DNA from: Gekko japonicus
Taxonomy: Eukaryota
Assembly: GCF_001447785.1 (NCBI RefSeq)
Contig: NW_015161419.1
Location: 6,327 to 70,326 of the forward strand
Direction: 5' to 3'
Length of the DNA: 64,000 nt
A program made the position numbers and the translations under genes. Positions 26,760-39,768 of the stretch are shown piece after piece (the first letter of the stretch is position 1; each line of letters begins with the position of its first letter). The notes under the pieces are model-generated. The model had not been told where the DNA came from. It was given only the letters and a program-made list of their open reading frames with translations, and did not search any database.

Positions 26760-27767
26760 CAAATCTGTTCTATGTTCATCTTCATGGCTTCTGTGCAGGC
26801 ACACTTGGGGACCATACTTGCACAGGCCTGCTGCGGAGATCTCTTTTCTAAAGCTCTCTAGAACATCCAGAGTGCTCAGTCACCTCCCCTCACAAGCTGG
26901 CTCCTTTCTGCCCAGCCAACACGTGACGGGGCAAGGTGAGCACTCCTTCCCTCAGTCCTTTCTTCACCGCCATAGAGATTGGATGTCTTTGCTCACTTCT
27001 GATCCTTGCAGGTTTTGCTTCAGTTATTTTTTTCCTTTTCTTCATCTCTTCACCCTGCTCCATTCCTACAAAAGGTGGATAAGAAGGACTTTATTTTCGA
27101 GCTATGGCTCTATTTTAAAAAATGCACTGAATGTGGCCTAAAAATGACTCAGTTGGATGACCATGACTGCTTCCTCTAGTGCCTGGGTGAGGCCCACATC
27201 TTTGTCTGATCTGTTTGCAAGCAGTTTACCCCAAAGGCTCACATGGACTGGGCTTTCAAACTGAAAGCGCAGCCCTTTGGGAGAGAAGGCTTTTCGTGGC
27301 TCCAGACAAAGATCAGACCCCTCTAAAAAGTCTGAACTGGACCACCAGGCCCATACCCCTCCTTCGAGGTTAGCACTGTCAGGATCTATATCAGAATCGG
27401 GCCCACTATCAGCTCCAAAGAAATCCTTAGTAGCACATAGTGCCCCTGAACCACTGCTGCAAAAGAAAAAAAAAATCAAAGTTGAAGCATAAGACTTCCC
27501 ATCCTTTCTCCACCCAACTGGGAGTGGATCCATTCCCCCCCCCCTCCGGCAATCCCAGACCCTTCTCCGACTTGCATAAGGTCGCCATCTCCTTTATCCA
27601 ATGACGAAAAAATTGAGGTTGTTCCTCAGTCTCCTCCTGAAGCTGAAGCGCCACTAGCTAAATGGCATTGTAGATCTTTGGGAGACTCTTGGGCCCCGCA
27701 ATATTGAGGACTGCCACCTCTGTAATGGTTCCAGTATTCTCCACAATCCATGTACTGGCTTATGCAG
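26760..27767 (+). mobile_element. DIRS1-like retrotransposon A, 5' region and start of decayed gag-like ORF
   Basis: From ~27104, across frameshifts and stops: FKKCTECG.KM...DDHDCFL*CLGEAH...C..F, the Cys/His N-terminus typical of vertebrate DIRS ORF1. Confidence 0.65.
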
Positions 27768-29663
27768 TGGGAATAGTAGCTACCATCTTCTGTGAGACCG
27801 AGCTCCTGGCCACGCCATGGTCCCCCATCATCTCTGTTCTCCAGTGGTCCTGGGGGTGGGGCAGTCAGCATCATTGGGGAAAAGCTCCTCCTTCTGGGTA
27901 GACAGCGTCACCGATTCTTTGTCTGTGATTCCTGTAGGGGGAGGGGCTTCTCCCCTGTGGCCTCAGTTTTTGGCCCTGCCTAGAGGCAGTAGGGTACTGA
28001 TTGCCACACTCTGTTTCCGAGTGCAATGATTCCTCTTTGTTTTGTTTTTTCTTCCTTTTTCGTTTTTTTTTTAAGGTCTTGGGTGCCTGGCTTCTTTGGA
28101 GCCCAAAGACCTGATGGGGGGCTGGAAGGTCTGCTGTCTTCTCCCCAGCTCTGTGGGAACAGGAAAGGCTGTTGTTGTCACCTCCTCCCTTGTTGCAGAG
28201 TAGTGCCGATGGATACCGGAGCCAGCCCCAGGCAAGGGTGATGGACTTTGGAAGCACGGTCTCTGTTGGTTTTGACTGGGATCTCCTGGAGTGGTTCGGC
28301 CTCCTCGGACTGAACCCTGGGAACCTGCTCCAGCCTCGGCAAGTGGCTGCACAGTGGGTGGGGGAAGCACCCCCACTGTGGCTAGGAGATCCCCGGCATG
28401 GCCCCAACATCTCAGCCACTTGGAAGACTCACCTTTGACCTGCCAGGCAATGCAAGCAGCTTCTGCATGACATGGCACCATAGCCTGGAGCCCCCAGGTG
28501 GGTGGCTACATTCCCACTCTCCACCTCATAAAGACCCTGGTGTGGCTTGACGTAAGCCTAGAGCCCCGGGAGGATGACTCCTGACCCTCTGGCTTCTCCG
28601 TGGACTTGGGTAAGACAGAGTGACCATGGCAGAGTGGGTGGGCCTGGCTGAACCCCACCTCAGCACATATAGGAGACCCCAAACTGGATCTTCCCCATGG
28701 GGTGCCCCAGGGACTGGACTCAAGAGGTCCCTGCTCTGGACTTTTCAGGAGCGGATGCCTAAGCCAAACTCCTAGCGTGATTGAAAGGGGAGATGCAACA
28801 AGGGATGGAGAAGATGCAGAAAGAGATGCAGAAGGAGATCAGGGCAGCTGGACTTTTCAGAAGTGGATGCCCAAGCCAAACTCCTAGTGTGGTTGAAAGG
28901 GGAGATGCAACCTGCGGGCCTGTGGGGGATAGGGAGTCAGCTGCAGAACTTTGCTGGCCACAGTGAGCAACGTGGGTCCTGAGCATGGTGGCAATTGGCT
29001 ATTATCTGGAACTCACCTCCTTTTCCCCAAACCCTTTTGTGTAAGGGCCAAGGAGGGGTTGCCCCCGAAGGCACTGGCTTATCATGGAAGCTATCTATCA
29101 CCTCCTGGACATAGGAGCTATAGAACCTGTGTCAGAGAGGGAGGAGGCCTCCAGGGTATACTCGGTTCATTTTATAGTTCCAAAGAAGAATAGGGACATC
29201 TGAACCATTTTAGACCTCAGATGGCTGAACCAGAGGATAAAGAAATGGAAGTTCAGGATGGAGACCCTGAGGACGATCGTATTGGTGATACAACAGGGAG
29301 ATTTCCTTGCATCTGTAAATCTCTCTGAGGCCTATTTGCACATACCCATTCAAGAAGCTCATTAGAGGTTCCTGTGCTTCGCCTACGATGGGCTCTACTT
29401 CCAATATCAGGCTCTTCCATTTGGCCTCAAAACAGGCCCAAGGGAACACCTTGGTCTCCTTGGTGGCACATCTGAGGACTCGGGATAACAGTCTACCAAT
29501 TTTTGGATGACCTGTTGATAATGTCTATGTCTTTCAAGAGGGGCCTAGAGGATCTGCAGTGGACTGTGACCTGTCTTCAGGACCACGGCTTCATCATCAA
29601 CCAGGATAAGAGCAACCTGATTCTGTCAAGACAGATTTTACACTTGGGAGTTGTGATAGATAG

Positions 29664-30170
29664 TGTCAGGCCTCCAATTAACTCACTCTCGAACACAGGC
29701 TTTCTTAAGAGAAAGTTTATTGAAGATATTTGAGGTACTGTAAAGATAAACTCTTTGTCAGGAATGAGGGGCAAAGGGAGGACCTAGTGTATAACTAAAA
29801 CCCACAACCCACAATAATACGTCATGCATTCATAAATGTAAGCAGCTCTAAGAACCCAGGCAGATACAATGGCTCAACTTGCTATTCAAAGTTTTATAAT
29901 TTTCAAGGACATTCCCATGAGAATACTCCCGAGGTACTTCTTGGGAAAGTTGTTACTGCATTGTTTCCCTAAACTACAGACATTGACATTCACACAGACT
30001 CCCTCCCTCCCCCAAGAATGTCAGCAAGGGTGAGCGATGCGGGTGGCTAGATACATCTGCTGCAGCTGGGGAATGAGGAGGGGGAGAAGGGACTGAGTGC
30101 AGTTACATTGAAGCAGGGAATAACACTACAGGTACAGGTAGCATTGTAAAAGACAAACCCGAGTCTGACA
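29664..30170 (-). mobile_element. Solo LTR (507 bp) inserted in the DIRS RT region
   Basis: TGTCAG...CTGACA inverted termini, 5-bp TSD gatag/gatac, AATAAA on the minus strand. It interrupts LGVVID|TEQDRVF. Confidence 0.85.
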
Positions 30171-30531
30171 GATACAGAGCAAGACAGAGTTTTCTTTTCA
30201 CAAGACAGACAAGGGAAGATCATAGCCTCGATAAGGGACATCGCGCACCAGCCTCGAGTGGAGGTGAGGCTCCTGGTGAGGCTTCTGGGAATGATGGTGT
30301 CCTGCCAGGACATCATTCCATGGTCCCAGTTTCACCTGCATCCACAGCAGAAGTTCCTCCTACCCTTCCAAGAGCAGATAGCCAGTAGGTAAGCCTGGCG
30401 GGTTCAGCTTCCAGCTACACTGGTTCAGAAACTTCAGTGTAGGGCACCCCCCTCATGGTTTCAGGAGGAAACCCCTCTGCAGGAGCCGGACTGTATTGTC
30501 ATCACATCTGATGCCAGCCTTATGGTCTGGG

Positions 30532-30802
30532 TGCTGCCACCGACCGCAGCAATGGCAGCAAGCCCTGCGCAGCTCCCAGCTGCCTGCCCGCCAGGCTTCT
30601 TCCCCTCCCCCAAGCATCAATGGCAGCGAGCCCTGCGTGGCTCCCAGCTGCTTGCCAGGCTTCTCCCCCCACAAGCAGCAACAGTGCAAGCCCTGCGCGG
30701 CTCCCAGCCACCCGCCCGCCAGGCTTCTTCCCCCCCCAAGCAGCAACGGTGGCAAGCCCTGCGCGGCTTCCCGCCGCTGGGCCCGCCAGGCTTCTACCCT
30801 CC
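30532..30802. repeat. GC/CpG-rich minisatellite (~64-bp unit, ~4 copies)
   Basis: Repeated gcagcaa..ggcagcaagccctgcgcggctcccagc...cccgccaggcttcttcccc. Confidence 0.85.
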
Positions 30803-32005
30803 GGCACCATAGCCTGGAGCCCCCAGGTGGGTGGCTACATTCCCACTCTCCACCTCATAAAGACCCTGGTGTGGCTTGACGTAAGCCTAGAGCCCCGGGA
30901 GGATGACTCCTGACCCTCTGGCTTCTCCGTGGACTTGGGTAAGACAGAGTGACCATGGCAGAGTGGGTGGGCCTGGCTGAACCCCACCTCAGCACATATA
31001 GGAGACCCCAAACTGGATCTTCCCCATGGGGTGCCCCAGGGACTGGACTCAAGAGGTCCCTGCTCTGGACTTTTCAGGAGCGGATGCCTAAGCCAAACTC
31101 CTAGCGTGATTGAAAGGGGAGATGCAACAAGGGATGGAGAAGATGCAGAAAGAGATGCAGAAGGAGATCAGGGCAGCTGGACTTTTCAGAAGTGGATGCC
31201 CAAGCCAAACTCCTAGTGTGGTTGAAAGGGGAGATACAACCTGCAGGCCTGTGGGGGATAGGGAGTCAGCTGCAGAACTTTGCTGGCCAGTGGGAAGCCA
31301 CAGTGAGCAACAAGTGGGTCCTGAGCATGGTGGCAATTGGCTATTCTCTGGAACTCACCTCCTTTTCCCCAAACCCCTTTGTGTAAGGGCCAAGGAGGGG
31401 TTGCCCCCGAAGGCACTGGCTTATCATGGAAGCTATCTATCACCTCCTGGACATAGGAGGTATAGAACCTGTGCCAGAGAGGGAGGAGGCCTCCAGGGTA
31501 TACCCGGTTCATTTTATAGTTCCAAAGAAGAATAGGGACATCTGAACCATTTTAGACCTCAGATGGCTGAACCAGAGGATAAAGAAATGGAAGTTCAGGA
31601 TGGAGACCCTGAGGACGATCGTATTGGTGATACAACAGGGAGATTTCCTTGCATCTGTAAATCTCTCTGAGGCCTATTTGCACATACCCATTCAAGAAGC
31701 TCATTAGAGGTTCCTGTGCTTCGCCTACGATGGGCTCTACTTCCAATATCAGGCTCTTCCATTTGGCCTCAAAACAGGCCCAAGGGAACACCTTGGTCTC
31801 CTTGGTGGCACATCTGAGGACTCGGGATAACAGTCTACCCATTTTTGGATGACCTGTTGATAATGTCTATGTCTTTCAAGAGGGGCCTAGAGGATCTGCA
31901 GTGGACTGTGACCTGTCTTCAGGACCACGGCTTCATCATCAACCAGGATAAGAGCAACCTGATTCTGTCAAGACAGATTTTACACTTGGGAGTTGTGATA
32001 GATAG

Positions 32006-32512
32006 TGTCAGGCCTCCAATTAACTCACTCTCGAACACAGGCTTTCTTAAGAGAAAGTTTATTGAAGATATTTGAGGTACTGTAAAGATAAACTCTTTGT
32101 CAGGAATGAGGGGCAAAGGGAGGACCTAGTGTATAACTAAAACCCACAACCCACAATAATACGTCATGCATTCATAAATGTAAGCAGCTCTAAGAACCCA
32201 GGCAGATACAATGGCTCAACTTGCTATTCAAAGTTTTATAATTTTCAAGGACATTCCCATGAGAATACTCCCGAGGTACTTCTTGGGAAAGTTGTTACTG
32301 CATTGTTTCCCTAAACTACAGACATTGACATTCACACAGACTCCCTCCCTCCCCCAAGAATGTCAGCAAGGGTGAGCGATGCGGGTGGCTAGATACATCT
32401 GCTGCAGCTGGGGAATGAGGAGGGGGAGAAGGGACTGAGTGCAGTTACATTGAAGCAGGGAATAACACTACAGGTACAGGTAGCATTGTAAAAGACAAAC
32501 CCGAGTCTGACA
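32006..32512 (-). mobile_element. Duplicate of the solo LTR at 29664-30170
   Basis: Same sequence and same gatag/gatac flanks, so it was copied by the duplication rather than inserted independently. Confidence 0.85.
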
Positions 32513-33809
32513 GATACAGAGCAAGACAGAGTTTTCTTTTCACAAGACAGACAAGGGAAGATCATAGCCTCGATAAGGGACATCGCGCACCAGCCTCGAG
32601 TGGAGGTGAGGCTCCTGGTGAGGCTTCTGGGAATGATGGTGTCCTGCCAGGACATCATTCCATGGTCCCAGTTTCACCTGCATCCACAGCAGAAGTTCCT
32701 CCTACCCTTCCAAGAGCAGATAGCCAGTAGGTAAGCCTGGCGGGTTCAGCTTCCAGCTACACTGGTTCAGAAACTTCAGTGTAGGGCACCCCCCTCATGG
32801 TTTCAGGAGGAAACCCCTCTGCAGGAGCCGGACTGTATTGTCATCACATCTGATGCCAGCCTTATGGTCTGGGGAGCCCATTCACAGGGGAGAATGGCCC
32901 AGGGGTCCTGGTCCCTGGAGGAAACGTCCAGGAGTATCAACTTCCTGAAGCTCAGGATGATAAGACTAGGGCTGCTGGCCTTCCAGGACCTACTGCTGGG
33001 ATGATACATCCTGATTCACATGGTCAACATAACGGTCAAGTCCTACATCGGCCAACGGGGGGGGGGGACTAGTTAACAATCTCTTCATGAAGAGGCAATT
33101 TGGATCTTCCGAGAGTAATGTGGAATCGCTCAAGGTAGTTCATGTAGCCAGGCTCTCAAACACAGTGGCAGACTGGCTCAGCAGGAGGACTCTGAGCCAG
33201 ACAGAATGGGTGCTGAATAGAGAGACCTTCTAACAGGTGTGCCACAGGTTCGGAGAGCTGACTTTGGACCTTTTCCCCTCAGAGCTAAACTCCCAGTTAC
33301 CAAGGTTCTACTTGAAGACAAAGTTGGATGGAGCTGTGGTGGTAGATGCCCTAAATTGTCAGTGGCTGGATTGGCTACTATATGGCTTCCTCTGCTGCTG
33401 ATCATCACAAGCTTATAGACTCGCAAGCGGAGGTGGACCTGATAGCGGTGTTCTGGCCCCAAAGGGCATGCTTCCAGGACTTGATGAGATTGTCCTCTGC
33501 AGAGCCATGGCAAATCCCGGTCAGGGAGGACTTCTTCCTTCAGGGGTCCCTGGTGCACCCTCAGCCAGAGTTGCTAAACCTAATGGCTTGGAAGTTGAGT
33601 GGTCACAGTTCTACTCAGACAGAGTCATAGACACCCTAGTGGCATCCGGGAAGGAATCCACCAACCGGGTGTACGCTAACTCCTGGCAGACATTCCATTC
33701 TTGGAGCTCCAAGTGTGAGTTGGACCCTCTTAGTGCCAAGGTTGGGGATGTGCTTGCCTTACTTCAGGACAACCTGGACAAGGGACTTAGTACTAGCACA
33801 CTTAGACGG

Positions 33810-34287
33810 ATTGCACAGAAAAGCAGGTTTTTAAAATGCTGCTTGGGACAGAGAGTCAGGGAGGTTATGAGTTAATCTTTCCAGGAGAGAAGAGTTTATG
33901 TGATTAGCTGTTCTACTTGGCCAGCATCAGCATAGAGAGGGAATAAAATGGCTGATTTGGAAAAGATTCATTTGCCTTTTGAATAACTTTTGGTCTTTGT
34001 CTGGATCAGTAGCCAGACGGTTTGGCTTCTGAAGACTTTGGGAGTCAGTGATTTCTGTCATTTGAAAGACAATTTTGCCTCACGTGCCACGTATTTTAAA
34101 ACAAGACAGCTCCTGTATTCCCTCCACTTCCTATGCTGGGTCATAAGCCTAAACTAATGTCTGTGAGAGGGTGGGACAGTTAAAGCTTATAGAATAAAGA
34201 AGGGCGGCTCAGTCACTGAAGGGAATAACAAATATTTCTGGTGGGAAAATCTTCTTGGGAGTGGAGAAGCATCAGGGGTCTGTCATA
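33810..34287. mobile_element. ~480-bp insertion (possibly a solo LTR) interrupting the DIRS tyrosine recombinase
   Basis: The YR reading STLRR|QVTAIAA is split. The insert has imperfect inverted ends tgcacaga...tctgtca and no clear TSD. Confidence 0.5.
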
Positions 34288-35090
34288 GCAGGTAACTGCC
34301 ATAGCCGCGGTCAGGGGAGTGAAGAAAGGGAAACCTCTGTCTCAGCATCCGCACATTAAAAGGTTCTTTAGGGGCACCACCAAGCCCTAACCAAGCCCCC
34401 CTTTGAACCCATGTCCACATATCCCCTAAAAGAGCTCACTTTCAAAACTGTATTCCCAGGAGGCATCTCTGCCTCTGCCAGGAGAGTGTCAGAACTGAGA
34501 GCGCTCTCGGCAGGCAAGGAACTCTGCGTGTTCCATAATGATAGGGTGATGCTCTGTCCAGACCTAGGCTTCGTTCCAAAGATTAATTCGAACTTCCATA
34601 GGTCAGAGGAGATTGTTCTTTTTTCCTTCTGTCTTAATCCCAAGTACGCTTGGGAGAAGGCATGGCATTGTCTGGATGTCAGGAGGGTCCTTAGTTTCTA
34701 TTTGAACAGAAGCAAAGTCTTACATTCTCATTAACACTCAGGGTTTCAACATCCACCATTAGAAGGTAGACAATGGGTATAAGTCTGCTGAGTTGGAGCC
34801 GCCCCCGAGGGTTATGGCACACTCCATCAGGGGAGTGGCACCCTCTGTGGCATACAGGTCCTTCCCATTGCTGAAAGTGAACTGTAAGGACGCCACATGG
34901 AAATCAGTACACTCCTTTATCAACCACTACAGGATATACTGGTGGGCCTTGGCTGAAGCAGCCTTTGGGAGGAGGGTACTGCAACATGCCGTCTCAGTCT
35001 AGGGCCCATTTCTGCCTTCCTGGGATGTACTGCTTTTCTAGGTCCCAATGGTGCTCTGGAGCCCTCCTTCCTGAGCTAAGGTAAAAATCT

Positions 35091-35259
35091 GTGAGACGGA
35101 GGCTAAAAAACTGTTAGCTGGCTCACACTAACTCAGCTTAGAGGGAACACTGCTTCAGAGCAAATTAATCTATGCAGCAGCCAAATCACAATTTTAATGC
35201 CAGTAGCTCACAAAGTAGAATTTTTGCTCACAATACTCCACAGCTTAGAGGGAACATTG
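35091..35259. mobile_element. hAT-type MITE fragment with two tandem right ends
   Basis: cagcttagagggaacactg (~35134-35152) and cagcttagagggaacattg (~35241-35259); same TIR as 3822-4398. Confidence 0.6.
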
Positions 35260-35399
35260 ATTGGCAGTGATGCTTACATCAGGAACTTGAATTTTGTCAG
35301 GACTAAAGAAAGCGCGTGAAAAGGCTCAGGTTATAGGTAAACCAAATACATCTCCCACAGCATTCGTCATCAGTCAGCCCCTAGTGTTACTATGGCAAC

Positions 35400-38150
35400 C
35401 CTGACAGATATATGGTGCCTTATCTAAGCTAGCCTGGCAGGAAAGTCTCCATGGCCAAATCCCATGAGAAGAGGCCGAGGGGCACATCTTAAGAAATGGT
35501 TATGGCTGCTACTAGCATACACTCTAACACACACTCACTCCCCTCAGGAATTCCCTCCCCCCAATATATGGCAAGGAAAGCAGTGAAGCAAAACGAAGTG
35601 AAGCGAAACTGAAACCTCGACAGTAGTGCTGATTGCCCCCCCCCTCCCCGCAGACTGCTGAGAACGAAGATTCACATTAAGTGAAGCAAAACTTTGTTTG
35701 CTATGGGTCCAAGTCCCTTGGAATTGGGCAAGGAGAAGCCTGCGTCCTTAGGTGGTTCTGATGCCCCCTCGGAACTGTCACCTGACAAATGTATTGTGAA
35801 TCTATTGCCCAAAGGAGGATCTCTGTGTCTACTCCGAATGGCTAAGTCTTTTACTATCAAAGCGATCTGCTTGGAACCAACTACATCTGACCCCATTTTG
35901 AAGGTCCTTTACCCATCCAACGTGAGCTTAACTGCTTTCCTGATGCTGTGGGGGATTGATGAACATGTCTAAATCCATCTGGACCAAGCCAGCATCGGAC
36001 CCCCACTGCCAGTAAAATTTACCACATGTACAAATTTTTAGGAGATAACTGTGATTTTCTTTTTGCCCAAACTACTGCTAATTCCATTGTGACAGAAGTC
36101 ATCTCAACCAAGCAACACTCTAGGCCTCATTCCTCACCATTTGACTGAGAAGGACGTAAGTTTGATGGCCTTGGCTGCAAGATCTACACTTCAGTGGCCC
36201 TAACTCTATGCATGGCCATCTTTAATGCCATTATGGGGCACTACCAAATATCCCTGTGGGAAAGAATGGCTACGTTAATTGATTCACTCCCGGAAGAACA
36301 CAAAGCTGTGGCCAGAGTCCTACACACAGAGGGCTCAAGCTTGGCAAGCAGCAACTAAATGCTGCATGACATATTACGGACTCATGCAGTAGATCTATTA
36401 CTTCTGCCATAGTCATACATGACCACTCTTGTCTCGGTTGTTCCACCCTTCCCAACGATACTAAGGTGAGATTTGAGGACTTCTCGTTTGAGGGAAGGAA
36501 TCTGTTCAGCTCCCAGACAGATGCCTTCAGGTACTGGACAGATGATGTCCTAGACCATATGCAAAGGAATAAAATTACTGCAGTGTCCCTTGGCATCACC
36601 AGTCCACCTGACCAGACCCATGAACTTGCTACTTCCTGAGACACACAAGTTATTCACAGTCATCGCAATCCTATAAGTACCAGCCCTTCTATCCTGATTC
36701 TTCCTTATGCCGTTTCTTTCAGTACCCTCAGGGCAAGAAGCAACAGGGTTGTCCCTGCTCCAAGCAGGGTCCTGCTGCATCTCGAGAGGTGTCTGGGAAG
36801 GATAAGTATCAATCTTGACTATTCCTCCAGTTTCTACCTGTTTTATGCTGTTTATCATATTATCTCCCCATTTGGGAGTCAGTTACTTCTGACACTTGGA
36901 CTCTTAGCGTCGTTCAGCAAGGATATTTCCTTCAGTTTTATGTTTCACCAGTTGGTTGTCCCCCTGATTTCTCCCCATCTATGTCACCCAGAGTTGCAAC
37001 AGGAGGTGTTCCACCTTTTGAGTAAAGGGGTCATTGAGCCTGTTCCATTGCATGAAACCAAGACAGGTTTTTATTCTTGTTATTTCATAGATAAGAAAAC
37101 ATCCTATCTTGGATATAAGGACTCTTAATAAGTTCCTCGTGGTTCCTAAATTTTGCATGCCCACATTATAAGAGGTCCTGGGCCTAATTCACCCTCAAGA
37201 CTGGTTCACCATTATTCACCTTAAAGATGCTTACTTCCGTAAATACCATACACCCCAGATCCATGAAGTTTCTTCATTTTCAATGTGGCTAGGTCTGCTA
37301 CCGGTATGCTGCCCTTCCCTTTGGCTTGGCCACTGCCTCTGGCCTGCTTACCAAATTCATGTTTCTGGTAGTTGCTCACTCACACCTTGTCTAGCCTTGC
37401 TTGGCCAATTGGCTTTTTACCCCACTCTCCCTTTATCTACTAGCTGATCATATTGCCCTTGCTGTTTCCACCCTAACTTTGCTGATCCTCCAGATCAATT
37501 GGGATAAATCCATCCTATATCCAACTCAGTCCATCTTATTCATTGGGCCCTACTGGACTCTGACAGTGGCAAGGCTTTTATCCTGCAGAATAGGGCAGCC
37601 TCCATATGAGCAATGGTTCACAGGTTTGCCTCCAATAGATTGCAGTCTATTAGGTCTATAGAGAGGCTTCTAGGCCTCATGGCCACCACTACTGCTGTGG
37701 TCCCCTTTGCCCAATTATTCATGAGGCCCCTTCAGAACTGATTTCTTAGATCCCTCACTCACCAGCAGAAATTGTCTGTTCGTAGAGCTGTTCTTAGATC
37801 CCTCACCCGCCAGCAGAAATTGTCTGTTCGTAGAGCTGTAGTCCATTCCCTAGAGTGCTGCTCAGCTTGGGAGAACCTGCTGACAGGCTCCCCATGTGCT
37901 CAGCTTGGAAGAACCTGCTGACAGGCTCCCCGTTTGGGATGTCCTCCCATGACGTCCAGGTTTTTATGATCACATCACTTTCGGGCTGGGGGGGTACACT
38001 GTGGCGCCCATAGGGACAGTGGTCACTGGTTCCCTTCTGAGTGGGGTGTGTGTATTAATCTTCTGGCGCTCAGGGCAGTCAGATATGCTTTGGTTTCTTT
38101 TACAGCCCTAGTCTCCAGCAAAATAGTCTCCACTGGGGATTGGGAGGGTG
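35400..38150 (+). mobile_element. DIRS1-like retrotransposon A, continuation (gag remainder, RT, RNase H; 3'-truncated)
   Basis: LQQEVFHLLSKGVIEPVP...GFYSCYF, DWFTIIHLKDAYF, LPFGLATA, INWDKSILYPTQ, SLSGWGG, INLLALRAV; heavily decayed. Confidence 0.8.
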
Positions 38151-38269
38151 TACCGGAAGGTGTAACTTACATAAACCCTTGAGGAACAACAAAGTTCTAC
38201 ATAAACAAGCAAGGAGGTACTGGTTCCCTTTCCCTCTGTTCGGAAGCTTCTCTCCTTTGGCACTGGGGC

Positions 38270-39768
38270 ACCCAAGACTGCTGGAAGAGAAAGGAACAAG
38301 TGAAAGGTGGGCTTTCTTCAAACAAAAGCTCTTGCAAGCTCAAGCCATAGGTATTCCAACAAGATGGAAACATGGTAGGGAATCCGAGAAGCCAATGTGG
38401 ATGAACAGAGAATTCTGTGATGTGATAATGTAGAAAAAGGAAATGTTCAAGAAATGGAGACAAGGACATACCTCTAAAGAAGAGTATCTGCGGGTTGCTA
38501 GGCACTGTAGGTCAGCCATCAGAGAGGCTGACGCTCACAATGAGTTAAGCTGGCCAGGGAGCCTTGCTACAACAAGAAAATCTTCAGATATGTGAGGAGC
38601 AAATGCAAGATAAAAGAGGTGATAGGCCCACTGTTGGGTGAAAATGGAGAAACTCTGACAGAGGACAGAGAGAAAGCAGAGGGGCTTAATGCCTATTTTG
38701 CCTCAGCTTTTTCCCTGAAGAAGAGAACAGGCTCATCTAGAGATGGTAGTAGGCAAGGCACGGCATCCAGGTTGCTGGTTGACATGGACAGAGAGGTAGT
38801 TGAGAAGCACCTGGCTGCACTGAATGAGTACAGATCCCGCAGGCCAGATGGTATGCAACTAAGAGTGCTCAAAGAACTTTCGAGAGAGCTTGCAGAGCCT
38901 TTGTCCATCATCTTTGAGACATCTTGGAGGATGGGAGACATGCCACAAGACTGGAGGAGGGCAGATGTTATCTCGATTTTCAAAAAAGGGAGGAGGAATG
39001 ACCCAGGAAACTACAGGCCAGTCAGTCTGATCTCTGTCTCAGAGAAGATACTGGAGCAGATTTTAAAGGGATCGATCTGCGAGCATCTAAAGGACAACTT
39101 GATGATCTGGGGAACTCAGTACGGATTTGTCCCCAACAGGTCTTGTCAGACCAACCTCCTTTCCTTCTTTGATCAAGTGACAAGCTCACTGAGTCGCTAG
39201 AATGCTGTTGATGTTGTTTACCTGGATTTCAGTAAAGCTTTTGACAGGGTTCCTCATGATGTTCTGATGGGTAAACTAAAGGACCGTGGACTAGACTCTA
39301 GGATAGTTAGGTGGATAGGGAACTGGTTGGAGAATCGCATTCAAAGAGTAGTTGTCAATGGCATTTCATCTGAATGGAGGGAAGTGTCCAGTGGGGTGCC
39401 ACAGGTCTCAGTTCTGGGCCTGGTACTTTTCAGTATTTTTATAAATTATTTGGATGAGGGCGTGGAGGGGCTACTCATTAAATTGGCAGATGACACCAAA
39501 TTGGGAGGAGCAGCGAACACACCAGAAGATAAAGAATTCAACGAGATCTGAACACACTGGAAAAGTGGACAGATGTGAACAAGATGCAATTTAACAAGGA
39601 TAAATGCCAGTTCTACATCTGGGTAACAAAAATGAGGAACACGCATACTGAATGGAGATTACATTTCTGGGTAGCAGTGTGTGTGAACAAGATCTTGGGG
39701 TACGGGTGGACTGTAAGTTAAATATGAGCAGCCAGGGTGATGCAGCAACAAAAAAGGCTGATGCAGTA
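38270..39768 (+). mobile_element. CR1 LINE ORF2 fragment (decayed reverse transcriptase)
   Basis: [52 protein letters not shown] motifs, with internal stops. Confidence 0.93.

Larger units (their letters stand above)
28474..32873. repeat. ~2.06-kb near-identical direct duplication (28474-30531 / 30803-32873) within DIRS B
   Basis: Identical ORF translations in both copies (e.g. 29503.. and 31845..); offset 2329-2342 bp. Confidence 0.97.
27768..35090 (+). mobile_element. DIRS1-like retrotransposon B (decayed RT, RNase H, tyrosine recombinase), apparently nested in element A
   Basis: RT motifs DLRWLN...KFRMETL...LSEAYLHIPI...LPFGL...LDDLLI; RNase H ITSDASL..WGAH...SINFLKLR; YR motifs ARRVSELRAL (34411-34734) and AHSIR...ATW...HYR (34793-35002). 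Many stops and frameshifts. Confidence 0.85.

Noticed and set aside
30532-30802. CRISPR-like array or repetitive coding region
   Set aside because: This is vertebrate DNA, and the units are contiguous degenerate repeats without unique spacers.
34411-35002. Phage integrase or horizontally acquired recombinase
   Set aside because: It is the normal tyrosine-recombinase domain of a DIRS retrotransposon, downstream of RT/RNase H, and it is disrupted.
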